A DNA stretch of 20,000 bases from an uncultured virus (IMG/VR IMGVR_UViG_3300025483_001155) (lineage: Duplodnaviria > Heunggongvirae > Uroviricota > Caudoviricetes). Under the pieces are notes generated by a model, which was not told the origin of the DNA, made no database searches, and saw only the letters and a program-made list of their open reading frames with translations. The translations under genes were made by a program, and so were the position numbers. Below are positions 1 through 8,220 of this stretch, piece by piece. Within the stretch, counting starts at the first letter, position 1; each line of letters starts with the position of its first letter. The stretch is from the IMG/VR virus record IMGVR_UViG_3300025483_001155. One strand, 5' to 3'.

Positions 1-66
1 TGTATAAAAATTCAAGTTGCCTGATATATTTTCACTTGAACCCGCAGAACCGTGTATTCTTGCCAT
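1..66 (-). CDS. 5' fragment (runs off window) of a small putative virion protein, likely paralog of the 1454..1717 protein
   Basis: Not in the ORF track. ATG at 66 preceded by SD GGAGA. Translates MARIHGSAGSSENISGNLNFYT, resembling MVAKVHESYDAGQFLTGSLVHFT. Confidence 0.75.
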   Translation of the reverse strand, partial: MARIHGSAGSSENISGNLNFYT

Positions 67-77
67 ATTATTTCTCC

Positions 78-97
78 ATATTATATTATATTATATT
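78..97. repeat. (ATATT)4 short tandem repeat followed by degenerate copies
   Basis: atatt x4 at 78-97, then gtatt agtatt. Intergenic, directly upstream of the SD of the 1..66 gene. Confidence 0.8.
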
Positions 98-109
98 GTA
101 TTAGTATTA

Positions 110-1339
110 TTAATGTGCAGTGAACCCAGATGGCGGAGTGTAAACGACATCATTTCCAACGTTGAAATATCCACCGAAACTTATGACATTAGAGCTTCTG
201 GAACCAGCAAAAATGACTGGCGGCACGCTATTTGTAGAATAAACCGCCCCTGACCCAGATGCTGGATCACTGGGCCACCAGGTAGTATTATTCTTATTAA
301 TCCAAAGTTCTCCAGTTGCACTATCATATGCAAATTGTATTACATCCGATTCTCGAACTGGTGCCCCAAGACCCATGTCTGTAACTGTTACTACGCCATT
401 TGTCTTCGTGATTATTTTCCCAGTATCAAGCGTATAGGTATGCGATCCGTCTTCCATGCCAAAGCCGAACTGTGTTTGATCTGATCCTGACACTCCTATC
501 ATACCTGACGTTGATTCAGCCCATGCTGCAGAATAGTGCGTCCATATAAACTCAAAGTATTTTTTCCCTGCACTAAGAGTGTTACTTGGAACAGCATTAG
601 TCCAATTATATCCAGTAGTATCACCTGTAAAAATGAATCCGTCCTTATATGTGGTCGGGTTGCTGCCAAACGATAAGGTGGTCTCGTTCATTCGAGAATC
701 TGTAGTAAATGTAATAGGAGTAGTAAAACTCAGTGCTGCGGTAGTAGTAGTAGATATAACGTGTATTCCATCAGTTGCTTTTGCACGGAATGTAAAGCTT
801 CCAGCATCTGTCTCTGTAATACTAGGAGTTAACGTAAATGTTCCATCATTATTATTTACAATTGTTGCTTGTGCTTGATTGCTTGGACTTGTATCATATG
901 TATATGTTATATCAAATCCTTCTGGATCTGTTGCTGCAACAGTTAGTGTGTTTGCAGTGCCGTCTGAATTTAATGCTACTGAACTTGGTAATTCTGTTGT
1001 CCATGTAGGCGTTTCATCTGGGCCTGCCCAAACTTTGATCCATTCACTGCCATTGTTTATATGTAGTGTGTCAGAATCACTAAGAAATGCTAAATCGCCC
1101 TCATTTGCTGCAGCCGCATCACGTGCAGCAATACTAGCATATATTGTAACACCACCGCCAGATGATGTTGCGCCGCCGCCCGAACTGCCGCCTGAACCAA
1201 CTGTATGTCCACCAACAGTTGCACCATCGTGTACTACTAATTGATTTGTAGTTGTATTCACCGTGACTTCACCTGCTGCGCCAGTAAACGATGCATGTTC
1301 TGCAGTTGTTCCACGTCTGAATTTTACTGAGTATGCCAT
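110..1339 (-). CDS. Virion fibre / receptor-binding-like protein (Mtd_N-like N-terminus, Gly/Ser linker, Ig/cadherin-like domain, C-terminal SPRY-like domain), 409 aa
   Basis: Start moved to ATG 1339 (SD GGAGA). N-terminal FRRGTTAEH..FTGA.GEVTV....VVHDG.T.GG is Mtd_N-like. ATDPEG..ITY...FTFRAKATDG is Ig-like. GKKYFEF...DVIQFAYD..TGELWINKN...YTPPSGF is SPRY-like. Confidence 0.75.
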   Translation of the reverse strand: MAYSVKFRRGTTAEHASFTGAAGEVTVNTTTNQLVVHDGATVGGHTVGSGGSSGGGATSSGGGVTIYASIAARDAAAANEGDLAFLSDSDTLHINNGSEWIKVWAGPDETPTWTTELPSSVALNSDGTANTLTVAATDPEGFDITYTYDTSPSNQAQATIVNNNDGTFTLTPSITETDAGSFTFRAKATDGIHVISTTTTAALSFTTPITFTTDSRMNETTLSFGSNPTTYKDGFIFTGDTTGYNWTNAVPSNTLSAGKKYFEFIWTHYSAAWAESTSGMIGVSGSDQTQFGFGMEDGSHTYTLDTGKIITKTNGVVTVTDMGLGAPVRESDVIQFAYDSATGELWINKNNTTWWPSDPASGSGAVYSTNSVPPVIFAGSRSSNVISFGGYFNVGNDVVYTPPSGFTAH

Positions 1340-1368
1340 ATTATTTTCTCCATAATGGTATATGTGAG

Positions 1369-1376
1369 TATTTATC
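1369..1376 (-). promoter_or_regulatory. Putative late promoter GATAAATA
   Basis: Resembles the T4 late promoter TATAAATA. Lies about 30 nt upstream of the fibre gene, just after a terminator. The same motif recurs at 1765, 4676, 11307 and 11339. Confidence 0.65.
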
Positions 1377-1399
1377 AATATCTGATGATAATTAAAAAC

Positions 1400-1430
1400 A
1401 AAAAAAGACCCAGCATAGCCGGGTCTTTTT
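1400..1430 (-). terminator. Rho-independent terminator
   Basis: Minus strand AAAAAGACCCGGC-TAT-GCTGGGTCTTTTTTT, downstream of the 87-aa gene. Confidence 0.85.
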
Positions 1431-1453
1431 ACTCTATAGATAGAGTTTATGTA

Positions 1454-1717
1454 TTAGTAATCAAAGTCTGTTACTGTGTAACCAGTTGCTGTACTTAGTG
1501 ATGCTGCATCCCATGCGCCGTTGTTTTCAACTGCGAAACGAACATCTGTGCCTGCGCCGCCGTTAACACCTAGGATAACTACTGTTGCACGTGTGCCTAC
1601 TGCTTCAACAAGAACTTTGTTGTCAACTGCGCCCGCGCCTGCGTCTGCTGTGAAATGTACTAGTGAGCCTGTTAGGAACTGACCTGCATCATATGATTCA
1701 TGTACTTTTGCTACCAT
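1454..1717 (-). CDS. Small Ala/Gly/Val-rich putative abundant virion protein, 87 aa
   Basis: Has its own GATAAATA promoter, SD GGAGA and terminator. Composition suggests a beta-rich protein. N-terminus resembles the 1..66 gene. Confidence 0.7.
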   Translation of the reverse strand: MVAKVHESYDAGQFLTGSLVHFTADAGAGAVDNKVLVEAVGTRATVVILGVNGGAGTDVRFAVENNGAWDAASLSTATGYTVTDFDY

Positions 1718-1764
1718 TTTATTTTCTCCATTAAATGTTTTGGGACTCTATTGTCCTATACTTT

Positions 1765-1772
1765 TATTTATC
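1765..1772 (-). promoter_or_regulatory. Putative late promoter GATAAATA
   Basis: Intergenic GATAAATA upstream of the 87-aa gene. Confidence 0.65.
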
Positions 1773-1795
1773 TTTTTTGTACCAGAAATTATATA

Positions 1796-2644
1796 TTACT
1801 TTCTTCTGGATTGAAATTTTGTTAGACCAGATTTTGTTGGTCTATCATACGTTGTTTTTGCCAATCGTTTGCCTAGTTCTTCAGCGCCCTTACTAATAGC
1901 ATAAATGCCACCAATTGCTGCTGCCCCTTTAACAATAGGTTTATCCCAAATCTTTTTCTTTTTATCGTTTCTATCATTTACCATATAATTGCCACGCTTT
2001 TGAAAAGATAGTAATGGTTTCATAAACTCACTGCGGAGTGCTTTGGAACGCATATATTGAACACAGCGTGTTACTACTAGTGCACGTTGATTTTGATTCA
2101 AATTATCCCAATCACCAATCAATCGGCGCATTGATTTCATCATACTATCTTGTATATTCAATTGGTTTTGGAATCTAAGTAACATTTTTTGCTCAAACGC
2201 TGAATTAGTTTTGTTATTTCCAATGTGAGTTAGATATTGTACTAAATCTGCTTTTTTAGGTGATAATCTTTTCTTAGCAATTACATCTTTTTCATTACTA
2301 TCATCTTGGTCTTTGCCCATCAAACGGTTTAAAGAAATGTATAGATCCGTTCCACTTGTTCTAAATGTATCAAAATTTCTAAAGGCTACTGTACGTTTTG
2401 CATATTCACTTGCCAATGGCGCATAATCATAATCTTTATTAAAAATATTTAATAGCATTAAATACATGAATGAAACATTGGCGGCATCATCTAAATTAAC
2501 CTCACTTGCTATCTTTTTATTTCTAAACAAGCGGCTTTCAGTTAGTTCGTGTACTAATTGTAAACTTTTATCATCATTGTCATCAATTTCGTGGCCACCA
2601 TATATTGTTGCCCATTGGCTTGCTGTATATTTTTTTTCACTCAT
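1796..2644 (-). CDS. Hypothetical late protein, possible protease-processed internal head protein, 282 aa
   Basis: Long ORF in the late operon. ELTES resembles an (I/L)xE cleavage site. C-terminal Gly/Ala-rich segment KGAAAIGGIYAISKG. Confidence 0.6.
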   Translation of the reverse strand: MSEKKYTASQWATIYGGHEIDDNDDKSLQLVHELTESRLFRNKKIASEVNLDDAANVSFMYLMLLNIFNKDYDYAPLASEYAKRTVAFRNFDTFRTSGTDLYISLNRLMGKDQDDSNEKDVIAKKRLSPKKADLVQYLTHIGNNKTNSAFEQKMLLRFQNQLNIQDSMMKSMRRLIGDWDNLNQNQRALVVTRCVQYMRSKALRSEFMKPLLSFQKRGNYMVNDRNDKKKKIWDKPIVKGAAAIGGIYAISKGAEELGKRLAKTTYDRPTKSGLTKFQSRRK

Positions 2645-2846
2645 GTGTCATCCCCTTAAATAGGTTTGCAAGATTAATAATTTTATTACTTGCATATGTT
2701 TTGCAGCATCTAGGTATGATTGAATGTATAATAATTGCAAATACGGCAATCTGAAGTTGTAGAGCAATACCAAGTGCAAATTTTGCATGTTGTAACGGCC
2801 CCATATTCGCTTCTTCCAAGTGTTCTTTACATTCTTTACTAAACAT
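2637..2846 (-). CDS. Small hydrophobic protein, DUF6356-like, 69 aa
   Basis: HL......QH..FA......L..A..A.IIH.IIP...TYAS..I pattern recalled for DUF6356. SD GGA upstream. Confidence 0.55.
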   Translation of the reverse strand: MFSKECKEHLEEANMGPLQHAKFALGIALQLQIAVFAIIIHSIIPRCCKTYASNKIINLANLFKGMTHE

Positions 2847-2858
2847 ATTATTTCCTAA

Positions 2859-4205
2859 TTACTTTGCGAAATTCGCAGCACTAAATTCTAATCTATCAAC
2901 AATTTTCATGGCGCGGCCAACATGGTCTACGATAACAAAACCCTCAGGATCAGTTACGTTAAAAGAGCCATCTGGCTGTTCAATAAAACTATCAATCGCT
3001 TTAATGTCTCGCATTTTGCGCTGAAACATCATTTTTACTGCTTCGGTTTTTAAATACGCTCTATACATATTAGCAATATTTTGCGCATTCTCTTCAATAA
3101 ACTCAACAACTTGTTTCTTTTTATCTAATTTTGCTAGTCCTGCTTTTCCTTCTGGCCCAGTTTTTAATTTAGTCATATCAGTATCAAACTTGTCTTTTAA
3201 TTTATTAATAAAATCTGATACGAATTTATCTGCATCTTGTTCTAATGCATTACCTGAACGAATAGGTGTGTTTGCGTGTGCCTTAAGTGCAGCAACTATA
3301 TCTATTCCACCAATACTATTATTAATTTTCTTAAATACTTCTGGGCTAGGGATATCAAAACTTGCAAGTTCGTTAATTGCAGTTTTAATTGCACTAATTT
3401 CCTTCTTATTAAGATTTACTTGCCCCGATACATCTTTAATACGTGCATCTGTGTACCAAACATTAGATGATTTATTCAAGTTACTTGCATCATAGCCAAA
3501 TCTAGCACTCATATCTGCTAATGTATCGCCCTCATAAATGGTATGAAATACTACACCAAGATCAGATGATAACATTTCACGTGCAGTATTACTATCGGCA
3601 GGAACAACGTATGTTATAGTATTAGGCTTGAACGCTATATACTTTTCACCCTCAATCTGTACTTCTTTTAAATCATCACGTGTAAAAAGAAGATCACCTT
3701 GCACTACTCCAGAAATGCCCAAGTTTTTAAGGTGTTCAAGTGATGCATATAATTTATCACGCAATCCTTTTTTACTTATTGCTTCGCCGTTTTTGGTGAC
3801 ATCTGCATGGTTTTTTTCAATGTCTTCCGGCTTTTTATTTAATTTAGGGCTTTTTGCAAATACGCCTTTGGTTCCAACAAAGAATTCTCCATCTTCTGGA
3901 TCAACGCCGGCAAATATCGCAGGGGCGCCGTCCCATTTTGTTGTAATCGCATCGCCGCCGCCGTCTCCATCCAATGAAGATAATAATTTGGAGTAAGTGC
4001 TAACAACACGTTTTAATCCCTCTTGCCCATACATGAAGATTAATTCCTCAGCATGATCCAAGTGCGTATTTTTTGCTTCACTCAAATCTTTATCAAACAG
4101 ACCCTTTAGTTTTGAGTGAAATCCTATTTGCTTTTGGCGAGGTTTACGAGGCCCTCTAAATCTGCGCTCAAGGCCCTGACTTAAAATAATCTCACTGATT
4201 TTCAT
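2859..4205 (-). CDS. RNA-ligase-like nucleotidyltransferase (DUF6267-like), 448 aa
   Basis: Ligase-superfamily motifs in order: I TTKWDG, III VQGDLLF, IV PEGFVI, V MKIVDRLEF. N-terminal leader ends in DLSEAKNTHLDH. Confidence 0.65.
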   Translation of the reverse strand: MKISEIILSQGLERRFRGPRKPRQKQIGFHSKLKGLFDKDLSEAKNTHLDHAEELIFMYGQEGLKRVVSTYSKLLSSLDGDGGGDAITTKWDGAPAIFAGVDPEDGEFFVGTKGVFAKSPKLNKKPEDIEKNHADVTKNGEAISKKGLRDKLYASLEHLKNLGISGVVQGDLLFTRDDLKEVQIEGEKYIAFKPNTITYVVPADSNTAREMLSSDLGVVFHTIYEGDTLADMSARFGYDASNLNKSSNVWYTDARIKDVSGQVNLNKKEISAIKTAINELASFDIPSPEVFKKINNSIGGIDIVAALKAHANTPIRSGNALEQDADKFVSDFINKLKDKFDTDMTKLKTGPEGKAGLAKLDKKKQVVEFIEENAQNIANMYRAYLKTEAVKMMFQRKMRDIKAIDSFIEQPDGSFNVTDPEGFVIVDHVGRAMKIVDRLEFSAANFAK

Positions 4206-4420
4206 TTCTTATCTCCAAATGGATTTTCACCAGTTAATTGCGGTCTTGCAAACCACAACTTAAACCACTCATCCGTTCCAGGCTGTATATTATTCTTTTT
4301 CTGATACTCGCCTTTTTCTTGGCCAGTATGTGAAATATTCTCCTGATGTTGAGATACATCATAGGGCTTATATATACCTGCTAGAACCTTTAGTTGGTGC
4401 AACTGCTGTTCAAAATCCAT
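4202..4420 (-). CDS. Phage hypothetical protein, 72 aa
   Basis: Translationally coupled ORF with LKVLAGI and IQPGTDEWFKLWF motifs. Confidence 0.75.
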   Translation of the reverse strand: MDFEQQLHQLKVLAGIYKPYDVSQHQENISHTGQEKGEYQKKNNIQPGTDEWFKLWFARPQLTGENPFGDKK

Positions 4421-4656
4421 TATTTGTCTACACTATTCATGCCTCGCTTAAACTTCCGCGGGTCTTTTGTACGGATACTGTTAACTAAACGTTTTTGTAA
4501 ATCATTTGAGGTTTCTTCATCAAAATTATTTTCAATGAATTCCATCAAATGTATCGCACCTGCAATAAGGTGTTCACCCTTTTGTTCAACTAGCCGCTTA
4601 TTATCTTTATCATAAGATATGCTGTTTAGTTCTTCAAATAGACTTTTACGTTTCAT
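4420..4656 (-). CDS. Phage hypothetical protein, 78 aa, first gene of late operon
   Basis: SD GGAGA and a GATAAATA motif upstream. TAATG coupling to the next gene. Confidence 0.8.
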   Translation of the reverse strand: MKRKSLFEELNSISYDKDNKRLVEQKGEHLIAGAIHLMEFIENNFDEETSNDLQKRLVNSIRTKDPRKFKRGMNSVDK

Positions 4657-4675
4657 AACAATTCTCCGTTAAGTG

Positions 4676-4683
4676 TATTTATC
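4676..4683 (-). promoter_or_regulatory. Putative late promoter GATAAATA overlapping the helicase stop codon
   Basis: TGATAAATACACTTAACGGAGAATTGTTATG on the minus strand. Confidence 0.65.
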
Positions 4684-6103
4684 AAGTTTCGTCAAAAGCA
4701 GATCGACTTTTAGTTTTAAGCATCGATCTGAGTGAACTTGCTGCCTGCGTCTTTTCAAATACCGGAGTATCATCTTCATCTGATTTGTTTAGAGTAGTTT
4801 TCTTTCTAAGTTGGTCAACCACACTAGAAGAAACGTTTGTTGATGATGGTGTGCCGGCGCCATTACTATTTTGGTCTGGATCATCTGTAATGCGCAAACT
4901 ATCTCTATCAAATAATAAACTTACTTTACTACCAACACCAGAAGATGATCGTGTTTTTAACAATTGAAGTTGGTATTGACCTCTCTCACGCATTGCATTA
5001 GATGTAAAGATACCTATAACGTTATCTGCAGTTTGAATTTTACTAATGCCACCAGCAATATGAGAGTGATCAAATTCAATTTCTTCAACTGCACTACGAT
5101 TTAATTGTGATGCTGTCACTGTAACAGTCTGTGTTTCCATAGAAAAGTTGCGCATTTCTTCGGTAACATATTTGTCTTTGGTGAATGTATCACCTGCTTG
5201 GACCTTTTTAGTTGCTGGCATTAACAAATCTAGATAGTCAATACACATACAATCAACTGTTTTGCCAGTTTGTATCTGAAGTTCTTTCAAGTAAGACCTT
5301 AGATCATTGATTGTTGAACCACTCGGAAGATACTTTATACGTAGCATACCGGACTGTTTGCCTTTCGCTTTGACTTGTAGTTCAACATCATCTAGGTCTT
5401 TAAAAATGCGTCTAGTACTGCGGTCCGTCTGCATTGCATACATACGCATACTTGAAAGTTCCTCGGATAACTCCAATGTGAAGTAGACACAATTCAACCC
5501 AGCCTCCGCCCAATTCAGGCTCATATTTTGCATAAAAAGGGATTTACCTGCCCCGGAGCCGCCTGCAAAAATCGTAATCTCCCCACGATTAATGCCACCA
5601 TATAACTTATCATCAAGAGATTTCCAACCAGTCGTAATCTGACCATTATTGTCTTTCATCCGTTCAAGCACACCTCTAGGATCAGCAAAATAATCTGTTC
5701 CTAAACTACGTGCCAGTCCAATTTGAACAGCCTCTTTAATTCTAAGTTCTACTTCACCGTATTTGCCAGTCTCAAGTAAATCTGTGCTATCGATAATAGC
5801 CTTCTCAATAGCCTTGTGCCGGCAAAATGTCTCAAACTCATCCACAAACCATTCTTCGTGCTGGGTTATGTTGTCCAACTTCTCAATGTCTTGCCCCGTT
5901 TCTGCCTTAATAATTGCAGTATCTGGCAGTGTAGAATAATCTTCACTATAATCAATAAGTTGTTTGACCACAGGACGAACACTGCGGTCAAAATATTCAG
6001 GCTTAATAATCCCTCTGATCCTAGTATATAGTTCAGGATTAGTCACCATGAATTGAATGAATAATTTCTGTAAGTCTGTGCTATAATTTTTTACTTCTGA
6101 CAT
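4682..6103 (-). CDS. dnaB: Replicative DNA helicase, DnaB/T4 gp41-like, 473 aa
   Basis: TTGWKSLD..L.GG, Walker A GGSGAGKS, YFTLELSE, IDYLDL, TASQLNR, LKTR. Confidence 0.93.
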   Translation of the reverse strand: MSEVKNYSTDLQKLFIQFMVTNPELYTRIRGIIKPEYFDRSVRPVVKQLIDYSEDYSTLPDTAIIKAETGQDIEKLDNITQHEEWFVDEFETFCRHKAIEKAIIDSTDLLETGKYGEVELRIKEAVQIGLARSLGTDYFADPRGVLERMKDNNGQITTGWKSLDDKLYGGINRGEITIFAGGSGAGKSLFMQNMSLNWAEAGLNCVYFTLELSEELSSMRMYAMQTDRSTRRIFKDLDDVELQVKAKGKQSGMLRIKYLPSGSTINDLRSYLKELQIQTGKTVDCMCIDYLDLLMPATKKVQAGDTFTKDKYVTEEMRNFSMETQTVTVTASQLNRSAVEEIEFDHSHIAGGISKIQTADNVIGIFTSNAMRERGQYQLQLLKTRSSSGVGSKVSLLFDRDSLRITDDPDQNSNGAGTPSSTNVSSSVVDQLRKKTTLNKSDEDDTPVFEKTQAASSLRSMLKTKSRSAFDET

Positions 6104-6138
6104 TTGTATATTATATCATTTCTATGTATAAAGGTCAA
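6104..6138 (-). promoter_or_regulatory. sigma70 promoter predicted to give a leaderless helicase mRNA
   Basis: TTGACC (6133-6138), 17-nt spacer ending TGA, TATAAT (6110-6115), 6 nt, ATG (6103). No SD. Confidence 0.8.
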
Positions 6139-6179
6139 CACTTTTAATCAAAAAGTGCCGAGTTTAAATTAGTTTCTTC

Positions 6180-6208
6180 TTTATATAGTGATTCGTATTA
6201 TTTGTCAA
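6180..6208 (-). promoter_or_regulatory. sigma70-like promoter with ACGAATCA (GANTC) box
   Basis: TTGACA AATAATACGAATCACTA TATAAA. Same box position as the promoters at 19029-19057 and 19965-19993. Confidence 0.7.
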
Positions 6209-6210
6209 GT

Positions 6211-6235
6211 AAAAAGGGCACCGAAGCGCCCTTTT
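6211..6235 (-). terminator. Rho-independent terminator with cUUCGg tetraloop
   Basis: Minus strand AAAAGGGCGC-TTCG-GTGCCCTTTTT directly at the end of the 72-aa ORF. Confidence 0.88.
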
Positions 6236-6452
6236 ATTTTCCACTACCAAATCTGTCTTTTGGTCTATAAAAAATCTTTTGATTGTGAAATCTTCCTAAC
6301 AAATCTCGAATTTCTTTCAACTCTGCTGCCAAGCCATCATCATATTCTTCCATTAAACGCTGTGCTCTCCTTGAAACCTTTGCACTTAATGCATTTTCTA
6401 TGATTTCTAGATCCCTAACTGATAACTTAAAATTTTCATTTGGTTTTATCAT
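6234..6452 (-). CDS. Hypothetical protein, 72 aa
   Basis: ORF fills the gap between clpP and the terminator. Helical, charged sequence. Confidence 0.7.
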   Translation of the reverse strand: MIKPNENFKLSVRDLEIIENALSAKVSRRAQRLMEEYDDGLAAELKEIRDLLGRFHNQKIFYRPKDRFGSGK

Positions 6453-6465
6453 GATATTATATACT

Positions 6466-7152
6466 CTAGTATGTAGTAATAATTTTATCAGCGATGCCGT
6501 GCCTAACTGCCTCCTCGGGCGTTAACCATACATCACTCTCTGGCAAAAGATTCTTACGAATATATGTTTCATTTTTGCCAGTGCATTTCTTATAATGGTC
6601 AAGCATACGTTCAGTTGATAATTCAAACTCTTTAACAATCGACATTAGTTCGTGTTCTTTACCTTTTGAACCCCAACTATATTGATGTGACATTATACTT
6701 GTGTTCTGAGTAAGATAACGATGTCCTTTTTCGCCAGACATCATTAGTAGTACCCCACAACTTGCAATCATGCCCATGCCATACGTATGTACTGGGATTT
6801 CACTTTGTTTAATTGTATCGATTAAATGCATTGCACTTGCAACTGAACCACCCGGAGAATTAATATAAAGATGAATAGCAGAAGGACGTTGTTCTGCAGG
6901 CATCATATTATATTCCATAATCATTTTTACCAATGGCATACAATTTTCTTGATTGAATTCCTTATCCATGAATAATACACCGTTATCATACAGAATTTCA
7001 CCTGGCTTTTTAGGCTGCGTAGGTGGCGGTGGCATCTGCATCTGTGGGGGGACAGGTTGCTCTTTGGGTGACGGGATTACTTTTGTCTCTACAACTGGTT
7101 TCTTCCCTACCGTCTTTTTGGTTGTTTTCTTTTTAACTGGATTCTTTGCCAT
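6466..7152 (-). CDS. clpP: ClpP-family protease proteolytic subunit with Lys/Pro-rich N-terminal extension, 228 aa
   Basis: LYINSPGGSV, GMIASCG (Ser), IMSHQ (His), ESDVWLTPEEA..HGIAD (Asp). Confidence 0.92.
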   Translation of the reverse strand: MAKNPVKKKTTKKTVGKKPVVETKVIPSPKEQPVPPQMQMPPPPTQPKKPGEILYDNGVLFMDKEFNQENCMPLVKMIMEYNMMPAEQRPSAIHLYINSPGGSVASAMHLIDTIKQSEIPVHTYGMGMIASCGVLLMMSGEKGHRYLTQNTSIMSHQYSWGSKGKEHELMSIVKEFELSTERMLDHYKKCTGKNETYIRKNLLPESDVWLTPEEAVRHGIADKIITTY

Positions 7153-7171
7153 ATATTTGTATTTCCTATTA

Positions 7172-8173
7172 TTATCCCAAACGCATCTTTACGTTTATTT
7201 TAGTACTATTACTTATCTTACTATCAATTATACTTTTTAAAGTATATAACTTACCATATTTATTAACTGCATCCGCTGCATCTTTTATTTCATTTTCCCA
7301 TCTTGGAAAACTAACACTCCAACCATTTTCAATAGCCTGTTTAATTAATTTTTCACCTGCTTTATCTCTGTCAGGACTTAATATGATTTCGCCTTTAAAT
7401 AAATTAATATAGTCTATTTGTTCTTTACTTGCTTCGTTACTCATTACAGCAACACAATCTAATGCCGCTGCATCAAATACACCTTCAGTTACTATTAAAT
7501 ACTGTCGATGACTCTTAATAACATCAATATTATATATGAAGTCCTTGGGAGTCTTCATCATATATTTTGAATCTGCTTTTCCTGTATAGTCCCTGCCCGT
7601 GTAACCTACTATGCGGCTGCCCTGGTAGTATGGAATAATGACTCTGTTTCTAAATACTGGATGTGGACTCCAATATATATTACTTACATGGTCATATAGT
7701 CCACGATCTATTAGGTATTTAGCACCTAAAATTGCTCTTTTATCAGGTGAGTCAATTTGTAGTAAATCATCCAATAATACACTTCCTTCGGGTAATTCAC
7801 AATCTTTAAATTTGGGTATAATAGTACTAGATTTTTCACTAGTAAATATCATTGGACCGTCTGCTAATTCTTTATCTCGTATTGCTTGTAATTGAATACG
7901 TTTAATATCACCATCTGGAATGCCCAAATTACGCATTAGTAAAATCATTTTTTTGTTAATGACCCTACCTGATTTATGTGATGCAGTGAACCCGCAGTTA
8001 AAACAATGATACGAAATACTTTCATCATCTGTACGAATACCACCACGTAATCTAGTATCGTTACGTGCTTCGCCGTTTTCTATACAACAAGGACAGTTAA
8101 AAGACAACCAACCACCCGATGATTGCCGTCTCTTGTGCGGTAAATGTGAATATAATACTTGTTGTATTTCCAT
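7172..8173 (-). CDS. dnaG: DNA primase (Zn-binding plus TOPRIM domains), 333 aa
   Basis: CPCC...YHCFNCG Zn-binding domain, RVIIP...GYTGR, SKY, VTEGVFDA, PDRDKAG. Confidence 0.9.
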   Translation of the reverse strand: MEIQQVLYSHLPHKRRQSSGGWLSFNCPCCIENGEARNDTRLRGGIRTDDESISYHCFNCGFTASHKSGRVINKKMILLMRNLGIPDGDIKRIQLQAIRDKELADGPMIFTSEKSSTIIPKFKDCELPEGSVLLDDLLQIDSPDKRAILGAKYLIDRGLYDHVSNIYWSPHPVFRNRVIIPYYQGSRIVGYTGRDYTGKADSKYMMKTPKDFIYNIDVIKSHRQYLIVTEGVFDAAALDCVAVMSNEASKEQIDYINLFKGEIILSPDRDKAGEKLIKQAIENGWSVSFPRWENEIKDAADAVNKYGKLYTLKSIIDSKISNSTKINVKMRLG

Positions 8174-8208
8174 AGTTAAATTATAACATTAATTTAGTTC
8201 ATAGTCAA
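8174..8208 (-). promoter_or_regulatory. sigma70 promoter predicted to give a leaderless primase mRNA
   Basis: TTGACT (8203-8208), 17-nt spacer ending TGT, TATAAT (8180-8185), 6 nt, ATG (8173). Confidence 0.8.
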
Positions 8209-8220
8209 GGCGTTTTTAAA

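Noticed and set aside
17..253. Plus-strand 78-aa ORF with a hydrophobic stretch
   Set aside because: TTG start; overlaps two better-supported minus-strand genes; the hydrophobicity comes from the ATATT repeat.
579..1244. Two consecutive plus-strand ORFs (99 and 121 aa)
   Set aside because: Antisense shadows of the fibre gene, with non-ATG starts, no SD and no motifs.
1431..1446. Inverted repeat ACTCTAT-AG-ATAGAGT beside the terminator, with a 7-nt match at 1745-1751 in the same gene's leader
   Set aside because: Short and AT-rich; 5'-3' pairing is possible but cannot be separated from chance.
6453..6485. TATAAT just upstream of the 72-aa ORF
   Set aside because: Only 3 nt from the ATG and no -35 at 17 nt, so it does not fit the leaderless geometry.
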